64,000 bases of DNA, taken from contig NC_042997.1 in assembly GCF_006345805.1 (NCBI RefSeq), forward strand, positions 52,142,001 to 52,206,000, written 5' to 3'. Source of the stretch: Octopus sinensis (lineage: Eukaryota). Of the stretch, positions 12,852 through 26,017 are shown in pieces. Position 1 is the stretch's first letter. Each line of letters opens with the position of its first letter. Below the pieces are notes generated by a model that had not been told where the DNA came from, ran no database searches, and worked only from the letters and a program-made list of their open reading frames with translations. Position numbers and translations under genes: made by a program.

Positions 12852-12864
12852 AGATATATATAAC

Positions 12865-13060
12865 AATTGCAGCGTGGAAAGTGCGATGCAGCACGAAATT
12901 TTGTCAGTGAACAGGTCGCGGTCTCAAAGCGGCGAAAATATTTTGGCAAATTAAATTTGTGTGTTTCTTAAATGGCTTATAAACACCTTCCATGCTGCAG
13001 TTGTTTTCGTTCCAACACACAATCTCAGATCAGGTCACTTGCTATGCAAGTACATTTCTG
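12865..13060. repeat. Interspersed repeat family E (non-palindromic copy)
   Basis: Shares arm and tail with 56770-56930. Confidence 0.75.
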
Positions 13061-13529
13061 TAATATATATATATATATATGTTTATAGAGTGTCTATTAA
13101 AGTGCACGACATATAATTATTGAGTTTGAAGTTCATATATAGAGATGCCCAGACAAAAATTTATCTGACTAAACAGACAATTCCAAATTAAAGATTTGTT
13201 GGCTATAATAGTACAGATAAGAACTACAAGACAGGAGGATATTGTTTTAAACTATTTATTTAAAACAGCTTTACACTGTTTCATTAAGAATTGTACAATG
13301 GTTGAGTAATAGTTAACCATATGCCTTCATATAGAAGTTTTATGAAAAGTGAAGAACTGTGTTTGAGGATATGTACTCTTATACCTCCATGGTACCCTCA
13401 AGCTAGGATTGAATAAATAACTCCAACAATCCATTTAAATGGCTACCAAATATTCCTTTGGATAAGTCTGTGGAAATTTCTCCCTCTAATTTGGATAAAT
13501 TAAGTCAAACAAAAATGTACAACAATAGC

Positions 13530-13762
13530 TATTTCTTTACTACCCACAAGGGGCTAAACACAGAGGGGACAAACAAGAACAGACAAACGGATTAAGTCGA
13601 TTACATCGACCCCAGTGCATGACTGGTACTTAATTTATCGACCCCGAAAGGATGAAAGGGAAAGTCAACCTCGGCGGAATTTGAACTCAGAACGTAACGG
13701 CAGACGAAATACGGCTACGCATTTCACCCGACGTGCTAACAGCTCTGCCAGCTCGCCGCCTA
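13530..13762 (-). mobile_element. SINE family A, well-preserved antisense copy
   Basis: Reverse complement of the family A consensus seen at 8903 and 19328. Confidence 0.88.
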
Positions 13763-14293
13763 CACATTGTTGGTGTCCATCAGTTGACTTTAAAGATGAT
13801 GGATATGGAAATTGTGAGGCTTGTGCTTTCCCTAACACATTAACTCTCAGAAGCTTTTTCAGTCTTCTATTATAACTCCATTCATGTCTAAGATACTCTG
13901 TGGGGACAATAAAAATAGACCTAATACTTAACTGGTACTTTGTTTCTTCAATCCTGGGAAGGAAGAAAAGTGAAGCTGACCTTTGCATAGTTTGAATTCA
14001 GAACATAAAGTGCTGAAACTAAATACTACAAGCATATTGTTCAATTCTTTAACTATTCTGCCAACAGACTATTGAAGTGAAATTAAATAATTTCCACAAA
14101 GAATCAAAACTAAAGTACTATCTTAGGGAGAAAACTAAAATGTTATTAATTTAGTATAAAGTAACCTTATAGGAAAAAATATATATGTTTAGCTTTGAAA
14201 TATCAAATATGCATTAAGATTATCTCTTCAATTATTTATCATACATTTTAGCCATTCATTTAAATAAAAAGTATTTTCTCTTTTGTTTTTCAG

Positions 14294-14470
14294 ACAATAT
14301 TTATAATGAGTGTAGTAAACTATACTGAACTCACATACAAAAGACCATCAGGGACCTATGTATATCCAGATTGGGCTGTTGGAATTGGCTGGACAATGGC
14401 TCTTGTCTCAGCCATTTTTATTCCAATTGTTGCCTTAGTTTTGGTTCTCAAGCAATCAAATGCAAAATCG
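14294..14470 (+). CDS. SLC6 transporter exon (TM12)
   Basis: tttttcag|...tcg|gtaagt; 177 nt; TIFIMSVVNYTELTYKRPSGTYVYPDWAVGIGWTMALVSAIFIPIVALVLVLKQSNAKS, with the typical YPxWAxxIGW motif. Confidence 0.95.
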
Positions 14471-15162
14471 GTAAGTTGTAAAACATTTCCTACAAAATTT
14501 TAAGTAAAATGAAAATAAACCTGGAGGTGGGTTGATGAAATCTTCATCATCACCCTGAACATCATCATACACATTATTATCATCATAATCATCGTCAGCC
14601 TCATCCTCATCATCATCATTATCATCATCAGCAGCAGCAGCAGTAGCATTTACATTCAGTGCATTAGCTTAATTACTATTTATCACACTTGTTTGAACTG
14701 GAAAATCCAAACTATGAGTTTCTTTATTTTGTCCTGTTCAACTGCCAACATGTTTGTTCAGTAATGTCATTCTATTTGTGGCAAACACTTGTTATAGCCT
14801 CTAATATATTATCCTTGTGTTGTCATCAAATCCAGACACACACATTCAATGAAACAGTTTTTTTTTGTTTGTTTTTCATCTATTCTCTATATAAAACTCC
14901 TTTCATAATCCTTCATTACAAGCTAAATGTAACATTACAAATATAAGTCTACTATATTTCTCAATTTTTCTTTGAGACATGACTGGAAGCAAGAAAAATG
15001 TCAAAAGGAAACTGCAAGTCAGGAATGAGGTTACATAATAGTTGTTAGATTAATTCAATGGACTGCAGACTACATGATCATAAGTTCAAACCACAGAATC
15101 TCTACACAGGGCACATTCTGCAGCCTGATTCATTCTTCCTGGCTGGCAACATATATATATGT

Positions 15163-16067
15163 GAAGACCTGTTGAGGCAGAGGCAAGTGTGTGACACTTG
15201 TGGAGACCTGTTGAGGCAAGTGTGTGACCCTTGTGAAGACCTGTTGAGGCAAGTGAAATCAAACCAAATCAAAATAGATGAATATCAATGGAATTTGTAT
15301 CTTTGTGGTTCCAGTACCGGTGGCACACAAGAAAACCATCCGAACGTGGCCGTCGACTGGCCTCCGTGCTGTGGGCACAACAAACACCATCTGATCGTGG
15401 CCGTTCGCCAGCCTCACCTGGCACCTGTGTCGGTGGCACATAAAAACACCACCACCATCCAAAGACCCGGCGACGTAGTCAGTCCACCTGTGCTTACCTT
15501 CCCTCTTATGACACTTGTGAAGACCTGTTGAGGCAGAGGCAAGTGTGTGACACTTGTGAAGACTGTTGAGGCAGAGGCAAGTGTGTGACACTTGTGGAGA
15601 CCTGTTGAGGCAAGTGTGTGACACGCGTGACACTTGTGAAGACCTGTTGAGGCAAGTGAAATCAAACCAAATCAAAATAGATGAACATCAATGGAATTTG
15701 TATCTTTGTGGTTCCAGTACCGGTGGCACACAAGAAAACCATCCGATCGTGGCCGTTCGCCAGCCACATCTGGCACCTGTGTCGGTGGCACATAAAGACA
15801 CCATCCGAAGACCCGGCGACGTAGACAGTCCACCTATGCAAAAACACCATCCGAGCGTGGCCGTTCGCCAGCCTCGTCTGGCACCTGTGTCGGTGGCACA
15901 TAAAATCAACCACTACACTCTCGGAGTGGTTGGCGTTAGGAAGGGCATCCAGCTGTAGAAACACTGCCAGATCTGACTGGCCTGGTGCAGCCTTCGGGCT
16001 CCCCAGACCCCAGTTGAACCGTCCAACCCATGCTAGCATGGAAAACGACGCTAAATGATGATGATGA

Positions 16068-16070
<3 letters not shown>
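15163..16070 (+). mobile_element. Family C retroposon-like repeat with (GAT)n tail, minisatellite and ~400-bp internal tandem duplication
   Basis: Ends ...aacccatgctagcatggaaaac...(gat)n; repeated gtgccggtggcac-type units. Other copies: 24400-24566, 45238-45470 (-), 47221-47360 (-), 47515-47660 (+), 48786-49262 (+), 56345-56497, 60993-61262 (-), 61283-61713 (+). Confidence 0.8.
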
Positions 16071-16109
<39 letters not shown>

Positions 16110-16419
16110 ATAAGGGTAAATAATTATTAATTCAAAAAATTAATAATTATTACCAAGTAGTTTCGGTATGGAAATATAACCATTATCGATAGGAACAAAA
16201 AGTTCTTTATATACATATATATATAAATAAATAGGGTTAAGCAACAAGTTGCTTAGCCACATACCGAAAATTTAGAAATACCAGTCAAAAACCACTTATT
16301 CCTATTTACTACAAATATAGCTCCACATATAACACACACCCACACACACACACACACAATATATATATATATATATATATCATCATATATATATATATAT
16401 ATTATATATATATATATAT

Positions 16420-16461
<42 letters not shown>

Positions 16462-16631
16462 CTAGCTACATGGTTTCGGGTTCAGTCCCACTACGTGGCA
16501 CTTTGGGTAGGTGTCTTCTGCTATAGCCCCGAGCTGACCGAAGCTTTGTGATTGAATTCGGCAGGCGGAAGTTACTGCCGTGTGTGTATATGTGCGTGTA
16601 GGTGCTTGTGCCTCTCCGAAGAGAGAGAGTG

Positions 16632-16662
<31 letters not shown>

Positions 16663-17945
16663 ATTATATATATATATATATGTATACAATTGATGAAGTA
16701 GATGGAAGATAGATTTGGTACTAGTATTTATTCAGTATGACAATCGTTTCAACTCATCCTGAAACTGTCTGCTACAGGTAGGATTCTGTGCATCTAATAG
16801 TGTTGCATCAATCAGTACAGTTTCTGTCACATCAGGTACATGCATTAAGAAGGGAATGTCCTGCTAGATGTACTGAGATGTCCTTCGCATGTTGTTTGAG
16901 CCTGCTGTATCTTGATTATGACCAACAACAGTTGTCCATGTAAAAGTTAAAGTAATAAAATATAGAGAATACAAGAAAGATTAGATTTAGTTTAAAGGGG
17001 CAGGGTGCATTCCTGAACACACACTCACAAGCGTACAGATAGACACACTCAAACACACATGCATTTACACACCTACACATTCACACTGTAAATTAAAAAC
17101 ACAGAATCATAGAAGAAAGAGGGTAAAACTGTCAGAAAAGGATTATATTAAGGTTAAGGGGCAGGAATCTACGTTTATTTGACATGGACACATATATAGG
17201 CATACAAACACACGCACACACACACACGTGCACACACATGCACACACACATACACACACACGCACACACACATGCACGTGCACATACACATGTGCCACCT
17301 GTATGTGATTAATAGTGTCTGTTAGCTATTTGGATGTAGAATGCATGGCAGACTTATATCTTTGATCTGACATCCTACTGTGATGTAGGATTGGCCGTCA
17401 TTTATGGATGACCACTCTCTAGGGGGGCAGGAGGGTTATTAGCAGACATACACATACATACACCAGTATTTGTATATATACACACAGCCACACACTCATA
17501 TGTGCCTATATTCAATTAGTGTGTATATATGTGCCTACATACATCAAAACTTTCATGCTGCCATGCTTCAGTGACATACAGACTCATTCTGAAAGTAACA
17601 TGTATAAACATACGACAGTCACAATACACATTGCATAAAAAAACTTCCAGTGGTTACATAAATAAATAATTATAAAACAATCAACAATACACATTGTATA
17701 AAAAGGTGGAAGTTGTACAGGCTTACTTGCATGGTTGTGTAGACAGACAGACAGACAATAATGACAATGCATATTATATATAAAATAAAATTGAAAACTG
17801 AATTGCATGGGTTGTACATAAAATTGTCAACAATAATTTGTATTGATCGTGTGTATGTATACCAAAGCTGTGAACGTGCTTTACTCAACATACTAATTGA
17901 TACATACTCAGTCCAAAATATTACGTGTGTGTATTTGTATATATA

Positions 17946-17987
<42 letters not shown>

Positions 17988-19763
17988 ATATTTCGTTTTT
18001 GTATTTAGTAAATAACGGACAGAGTCAAGACTATTGAAAAGGTTGCAAGACGCAATGAAAATTTTAGGAAAATAAAAATAAGAAATAAGTGGAAATTTTA
18101 CATTATAAGGCACTAAAAGAAAATTACTCTCCCCAGACACAACAGTATATGTATGTGTATATACATATATATATATATATATATAATAATCACCATCATC
18201 ATCATTTAACATCCGTTTTCCATGCTGGCCACCTCTTTTCTCTTCACATTGAAGTAATTAAATATAATTATACTTTTGCAACCCAAAATTTATCAAGAAT
18301 TTATTACATTTAATAGACAATGTAGAAGTTCAGTACTGTTCATGAAAATTTTAATACTCGTATTTAGTTAATTACACATTTAGTGAGAAATTACACATTT
18401 AGTGAGAATGTGCATTTATCAACTGAGTCAATAATTCCACAGTTGAATGCAATATTCACTTTGGTGAAATCGTTTGCACCAAAATTTGGACTTCTATTAA
18501 AAATCAATCCAAAAGGTAACATCTCATTCATGAAAAAGATGGAATTTTCAAATATAGAAAGAAATTATTGCTTAATAATTCCAATATTAATGTATCGATA
18601 TAATGTGATGAACTAAGGCAGCAAGCTGACAGAAACGTTAGCATGCCAGGCAAAATGCTGAGTAGTATTTTGTCCATCTATATATTCTGAGTTCAAATTC
18701 TGACAAAATTGACTTTGCATTCATTCTTTTGGATTTAATAAAGTGCCATTTGAATCCTGGGGTCAATGCAATTGACTGCTCCTCCCCACAAATTGCTGAC
18801 TTTCCACCAAAATTCAAAATCAATTTTAATAAAATATAATAAAATATAATCTTACTCATTTAGTAGGAAAAGACAGAACTGGTATAATTTTAATGTTATG
18901 CTGTTAAAACAGAGTAGACCCATACAGTTTGGATTTTTTTAAAACTATAAGTCAAATTTGGGGCATAATCAATGGAATCAACTGGAGTATTTTTACAATA
19001 GTTCAAATTACCCCAATAAAAGAGTTCAAAGAGTCTTGTAGTGTTATCAACTATACCCAAAGAGTCTTGTGGTGTTATCAACTATGCCCATAAGTGATTT
19101 CTTGATAAACTTTTAAATTAACATCAACAATTACAGTTACTTAACTTCTGTCATTTAACATCCTGGGTCACATTTTCTAATTCTTATAATATTTCAAAAA
19201 TAGCTTAAGTTACGAAACTAGTTTAACAATATCTAACAATAAGCTGACTATATTAATGTACTAATTCTACAAATGTTTAGTTTAAGCACTGCAATTACCA
19301 TTACTATGTCAATTTTTCAATGTTATTAAGATGGCAAGCTGGCAGAAACATTAGCATGCCGGGCGAAATACTTAGTAGTATTTCTTTCTGAGTTCAAATT
19401 CTGCCGAGGCCAACTTTGTCTTTCATCTTTTTGGGGTCGATAAATTAGGTACCAATTGCATACTGGGGTCGATCTAATCGACTGGCCCCCTCCCCCAAAA
19501 TTTCGAGCCTTGTGTCCAGAGTAGAAACGAATTTTTCAATGTTACTAACATTAGTAATAATACAAAAATATAAGGTATTGAATTGTTAATATTTCTGCTG
19601 TTAATAATCTATGAATATTACAGACTCTATCAATTAATTTGGTCAAGGGGTGAGTCCCTATGCAGCTATTCAGCCTGCTAGAAATAGCAATGAAATTTTC
19701 TCAGATCACACACTACTGTTTTAAACAGGGCACGTAAACAATGTAATCTGAAATGCTCTTTAA

Positions 19764-19983
19764 CCTTTTAGCATTTAAATCAGCCATATCTGGCCAAAGA
19801 GTTCTACTTGCTTTATGTTCAAACTAGCCAGATCTGACCTCCCACACCTACCCTACAATGTCATTCTAAAAATAAACAATTTCATCATCGAAATCTCAAA
19901 GCTACAAGATAATGCATGATTAATTCAAAACAACATGAATAAGTAAGCATTGCCTTTGACAGAGTAATTTGAATGCTAAAGAG
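19764..19983. mobile_element. TTAA-flanked piggyBac-type MITE (~200-220 bp)
   Basis: ttaa|ccttttagcatt...aatgctaaagag|ttaa; related copies at 53538-53738 (TTAA on both sides) and 58685-58904 (inverted). Confidence 0.75.
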
Positions 19984-20944
19984 TTAAACTGGACAGTCAC
20001 AACTTGAAGCCTTTGATCATAGGCCTGTATGATCAAGGTTGATTTGAGTCTAAACAACAACTAGCTTGGCTATTTTTTTTACTACCAAACCTCTTATTAC
20101 AGACTTTATTTGCTAGTGTGATTAGTACCTTAGAGGTGTCCTAGAAACAAATGACAAATGAAAATTAAGCTCTTTGTACTAAAACTGTCATGTTTTAAAT
20201 AGCTGTTCAAATATAAACATCACCCATATTTACATGGGTGATGTTTATACACGCCAGAATATTGCTGGTCTATGTTTATTACTCCAGAAATTTTAGTTAA
20301 CCACACAAGTTGGCTTGAAGTCTTTATTCTATAACTGGTAGATATAACTAGCAGTATTTATTAGATATAAATAATTTTCAAATTAAAAGGCATTTGAATC
20401 TCAGTGTAAACAAACTCTTTGTACAATCCAAATCAAGTGTTAACTATATGGTTTACATTCAGTTCCTTAAGAACTATCATTTATGTGATTTACTTTGCTA
20501 CTTTGTCTGTTAAATAGAAGAAAGAATTCATTTCTAGTAAGTATAAGCTTTAAAAACCTAACACTGGTCATTCATGTTTCTTGTATTCTAAAAATTCAAT
20601 CATTTGTTTCTTTTATTTACTTCTAAAAATTCTACAAAATTCTGTCGTAATTCTACCCAGTTTAACAATATCACTTTAAATTCTTTTCTTCCCATTCATC
20701 CTGAATTATAGGTCATATATATTTATTTTTAGCTAGCACTTAGTTGAACTTCAGCAAATTATACCAAACTAAGAAACTAAATTACTTAGAAAAATTACTC
20801 AGGAATTCCATCTGCATAAAGACCAATAGTCAAATTAATGTTACTCTTTACATCAGCAACATTAAAAACTAATTAATAATAATAATTCAATCTTCAATAA
20901 ATTCTATGCTTCACTGAAAAAGTCTAATGATAGTCTCAAATTTT

Positions 20945-21135
20945 AGCACAAGGCCAGCAATTTTGGGGTTAAGTTGATTACATTGATCCCAGTGCTTGCT
21001 TGGCATTTAATTTATTGACCCTAGAAGGATGAAAGGCATAGTCAATTTCAGCAGAATTTGAACTCAGAATGTAAAGATGGGTGAAATGCTGCTAAGTATT
21101 TTGCCCAGCATGTTAATGATTTTGCCAGCTTGCTA
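20945..21135 (-). mobile_element. SINE family A, antisense, ~250 nt before the last SLC6 exon
   Basis: Reverse complement similarity to family A. Confidence 0.8.
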
Positions 21136-21383
21136 ATAATACTAAAATATGTTCAGAAGTGTTCCCTACACATGCTGGAATAATTAAAATAATATCCATC
21201 ATAGACTAATATTGTCTTTTCTTTAAGTCTTTTTATTTTATTCATTTCTAAATAGCTTTTTAATATTCCCTGCATTAAAAAAAGAAACACTCACTTGATT
21301 TTACCAAATTAAATTCAGCTTTCCATTATTTTCTTCTTTATTTCTTGACTGCTGATTTCTGTTACTTTTCCTTTTCATTCCAG

Positions 21384-21539
21384 GGACTGAAGGCCCTTCT
21401 GGAGCCAAAAGGACTCAAAAGCCATCAACTCCGGCCTCAAGACTTTGATAAGTGTGCCAGTTATGATTTAGAATCGTTTCCAAATAAACCGCCTTCATAT
21501 GTTTTTGCTATTTCTCATCCAGAGAACAAAGAAGCATAA
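21384..21539 (+). CDS. SLC6 transporter terminal coding exon (cytoplasmic tail)
   Basis: Long pyrimidine tract then cattccag|; GLKALLEPKGLKSHQLRPQDFDKCASYDLESFPNKPPSYVFAISHPENKEA*; phase fits the previous exon. Confidence 0.85.
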   Translation, partial: GLKALLEPKGLKSHQLRPQDFDKCASYDLESFPNKPPSYVFAISHPENKEA

Positions 21540-21835
21540 TCAATTTTTTTTAATGACTCACTTAATTCTTATTCACAAAACATATATATTTTCTTCATTA
21601 AAAACAAAATCAGTTTCACTATATTTTCAAAGTAATAAAAGAAAAACTCTTTTTGCTATTCATATATTTTAACTATTCAAAAAACTTTAAAAACGTTCTT
21701 ATCCAGTTTTTAAAATGATTATACTGTAAATACAATCTTTCTGAGGGTTTGGCTTATATTTCATTTTCCAGAATTTTAACCCAAATTTTGTTTTAAAGGT
21801 CTGTTATTTTTAAACATTATCAATATTATTATTAT

Positions 21836-22030
21836 TAAGGCAGTGAGCTGGCAGAAACATTAGCACACCAAGTGAAATGCTCAGTGGTATTTCCTCCATC
21901 TTTATGCTCTGAGTTCAAACTCTGCCAAGGTTGACTTAGCCTTTCATCCTTTCGTGGTTGATAAATTAAGTACCAGTGAAACACTGGGGTCGATGTGATC
22001 AACTAGTCTCCTCCCACCAAATTTCAGGCC
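21836..22030 (+). mobile_element. SINE family A, in the putative SLC6 3' UTR
   Basis: Family A head, B-box and core present. Confidence 0.8.
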
Positions 22031-24684
22031 TTGTACTTTTAATAGAAAGGATTATTATTGTTATTATATGTTTTTTTTTAATATTTTAATGGTAAAAGTT
22101 TTTAATTTAACAAATCAGATTTCATCTCTTTTAGAAATTATTTTATTTAAACTATTTTCAGGACTATATAAGACACTTTTAAACTTTCCAATTGAATTTA
22201 ATTTGTAGATAGTTTTTTAAAGGTGTTATATGTATGATAAACTTCTCTTTTAGAGTAACCTAGTAAAAAAAAAACAAATATAGTTATCTTATTAGGTCAT
22301 TTCAAATAGCTGCAGAAAGGTTTAACAGGCTATGACTAAATCTAACAATTAAATATTTTAATAGTGAACTACTCAGAGGCTACCGGCTTTGTCAGGCAAG
22401 ACTGAATTATTTCCAGTCTTAGTACATATTCTCTTTTATAAGAATAATTATGACTGAACAGGAAACAAAACTAAGGACTGTCACTGAGTACAAGATTTAC
22501 CATATAGAATGAGAAACTTCAATTTGAAACATTAATTCTTTTACTTTCTTTTCTTGTAACTTGGCTTTCGTTGTATTTTCTTTCAAAAACTTTTTTTTTC
22601 GCAAAGAACAGGTATTATAATGCAAAGCATGTAGAAACTCAATCCCTAAGAACATAAATCTTAACTACAATTAGTGCCAACCAACTTCTATTAATGTATT
22701 CCATTCTCCAAAAGTTTACACTTGGAATGATTTTTGTAAAAATAAATAAACACAAAACTTATTTTCTTCAAAAGATATTTATACTTTAATTAGTTATTTA
22801 CCACTTGTAATTAAGCCTATTCTTAATTTAACAAAAGTTTTCTATAAAGTCTTTAAGTTTGATTTTTAACTACCAGACTGCATTTAATTTACCCTAATTA
22901 GATTTTTTTTAAATAGAGACAAGGGTTCTATTCTTACAAATTTTGAAATCAAAGCATTTAGTATTGGTCTATTCTACAAATATGTAAAATGTGTTGAATC
23001 AAAGTTATTCTTTTCCAATATGCCCATGGCAGCCTCTAACATGCATATTTGACTATAGCAGACATTCTTCCACAATATTATTGAACGTATAATATTTAAA
23101 CATACCTACTCTCCAGATATAAATTATATTCTAAGCAAATATATATAAAAAAAGAATAGAGAAAAGTAAATTTATATTTCACCTTTTATTACATCAATTA
23201 TAATTATAAACTTCAACAATAACATGCTACATGAAAATTCAATATTACTCTACATTATAACATAAATCTTGCTTCTGTCTATTCAAACAATAGTTGTAAA
23301 TTTCGTATAGTAAATCTAGTGCAAAAGAAAAAAAACACCTGCATAGTTAGCACCAAAACATTGTCATGTGCTTTTGAAAAAATATCACATGGTTTATACT
23401 TTTGATAAAGTCTTTTGACCAAATTTCATATATCACAATATTTAACAATAAACAAGTAACATATCAGATTTCTTGAGTAACTTTTCAAATTAGTTGATCT
23501 CTGAGTGAAGCAACTGACATTTTAAATCAGCCAGTTAATAAACAAAAATGAGTATCAACTGCAAGCTAAATTGCATATGTACATATTAACTACATGTAAA
23601 TATTCACAAGAGCATGTCAAGCTCATGAAATGATTTTTGAGTGATAAGAATATTTGTAAATGTGTGTGTGCATGCTTATGTAAACTTAGAATTTATTAGA
23701 TTAAACATAAAATGGATTGTGCTTCAGTTCAACAAATAATTTTTTCCTTCTTTGTTCATTTTAGTTAACTTTATTCATGAACCAATCCAAGTGTGCTAGT
23801 ACTTGATTATGCAATAAATATTAAATTTGTTTTGGTTAAAGTTCCAGTTTCCATAAAATAGATTCTTTTATTTGTTCTAATGTTAAATGTCGATTGAAAT
23901 AACTGATCATAACTTCTTATTTTATACTCAACTTAGGGTCTTGTGAATAATTCTCATTTGTAACCATCACTCTTACAAAAACCTAAGACTGTACTTTTTT
24001 TTATACTGCTATTGATTTGTACTAACCACTTCACAGCACTTTGTGCACAAACACAGTAAAAACAATGATCTGTATTTTGGATTGCATTTTCCCTTTTGAG
24101 TGAGGCGGACCAATTGTTCTCAAATTTACTATACATCATACTTGTATACATTGTTTTGAATATTAAAAATAAATTCTAAATAAAATACAAAATGTAACAA
24201 TGTTTGAAGGCTTTTGGCTTTTTTCAAAATTCAGTACCAGTAATGATTGATTTTTACTGCATTTTTACGACTAATTTTACCAAATTTACTAAAGTAGCAT
24301 CTTTCTAACACACACACTCACACACATATAGGTAATATATATATATTACCTTCGAAACACGCAGCTGAAGAAGGGGAATGTTCCTTGTGTTGTTTGTCGT
24401 AACCGTGGTCATTGCCAGTGTCACGTAAATGGCATGTAAAATGCACCCATTAGAAACCATGCCAAATCAAACTGGAGCCTGATGCAACTCACTTACTTAC
24501 CAGTTCTAGTCAAACCCATGCCAGCATGGAAAGTATATGCTATAGGATGATGATGATGATGATGATACATATTTACATGCAGTTAAATATATGTCTGGTA
24601 TTAGGGTGACCAATTAAAAGCTTCACGGATGGCTTGTCAGACTCAAATGGTGAATGGCATATATATACTTAATATACACATACA

Positions 24685-24715
<31 letters not shown>

Positions 24716-25202
24716 GTATATAAAGTATTATAAATGTGATTCTTCGAAGTAATTAACTGAGTTATAAGAATTCTGAGAAAAGGCTTTTACAAGCTTAGAA
24801 AAAAAAACCTCACATTTTCCTGGTTGTTCCATTTATCTTTGTACATATGTACAATTAATAGGTATAATTATTTAATTAATATGAAGCTTTCAGATAATAG
24901 AGGCTTGTTTGGCCTCAGTTATCTGAATATGATGAAAGAGGATAGTACAGAGTAGAGTATACTTGATAATAAGAGTAGCAACAATAATGACAAGTCAAGT
25001 TCATTTTTATATAAGATAGAAGAGAAAAAGTATGCCTATGACCTGGTTAGGGCTTCCATATTGTTGGCAAGGGATTAATTTGGTGATATTCACCTTGAGC
25101 ATCTATAGTAGTGGTTCTCAGCCACAGACCACATAGGATTTTATTGTTAAAATTTATGTGTAATAAATTGCTTATACTTGTACAATACACAAAATATTTA
25201 AA

Positions 25203-26017
25203 TTACCCTGCACATGTAAGTGAAAGCAGGGTATTGTAATCACTTGTCTTTGTCTGTTTGTCTGTGTGTTTGCAAATTTACCGGAAAACTACTGAACGGA
25301 TTTTCACCACATTTGGCAGAAATATTCATTGGGTAAGTGGCTCGAAATGATGAACCTTTGGTCTGATTATCTTTTAAAAAATAAATAAATTCATTTTTAA
25401 ATCGAACTCACAAATTTCTCGATAAGCAAGTGGTTATACTATTTTGTTCACTTTCTTTTTCATATGAATCGACTCTCGTCTGCATGTGTATAGATCATGG
25501 TGTACCTATGCGCATAGACACGATGGATATATACATACATAAATACATAGATATGCGACTCTGCATGTGTGATTGTGTGTGTGTGTGTGTGTGTACAATG
25601 ATAGATTCGAGGGTTTGGTTTATTTACGACTTGATTTCTTAATTTCACTAGAGTATAATGGTGATACATAAAAAAAAAATTTACAAAATCGAACTTACAG
25701 ATTTCCCGATAAGCAAGTAGTCATATTATTTTGTTCGCTTACTTTTTCGTCTGCATGTGTATAGATCATGATGCACCTTTGTGCATAGACATATGCAGGC
25801 ATATACATACATATGCAACTCTGTGTGTGTGTGTACTGTGATGGATTAGAGGGTTTCGTTTATTTACGAGTTGATTTCTTAATTTCACTGGAGTATAAAT
25901 ACTTACAATGGTGATACTTAAAAAAATTAATTCAGTTCAATTAAAAAGCGTGGGTAAGCAACGCATTTGCGAAAAAGTTTATCTGCGCGCAGGGTATGCA
26001 TCGCCCTTCCGATGCCT
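25203..26017 (+). mobile_element. DINE-1/HINE-like non-autonomous Helentron derivative with central tandem repeats
   Basis: 5' subTIR ttaccctgc with nearby partner gcagggta (25226), GTCT-type microsatellite, about two units of 240-290 bp, 3' subTIR gcagggta (25989), stem-loop gcatcg/cgatgc (25998-26015), poly-T flank. Confidence 0.7.

Noticed and set aside
15058-16039. Overlapping 125-157 aa ORFs on both strands with repeated peptides; array superficially CRISPR-like
   Set aside because: Produced by a minisatellite and a tandem duplication in a family C repeat; the intervening sequences repeat rather than being unique spacers, there are no cas genes, and the context is eukaryotic
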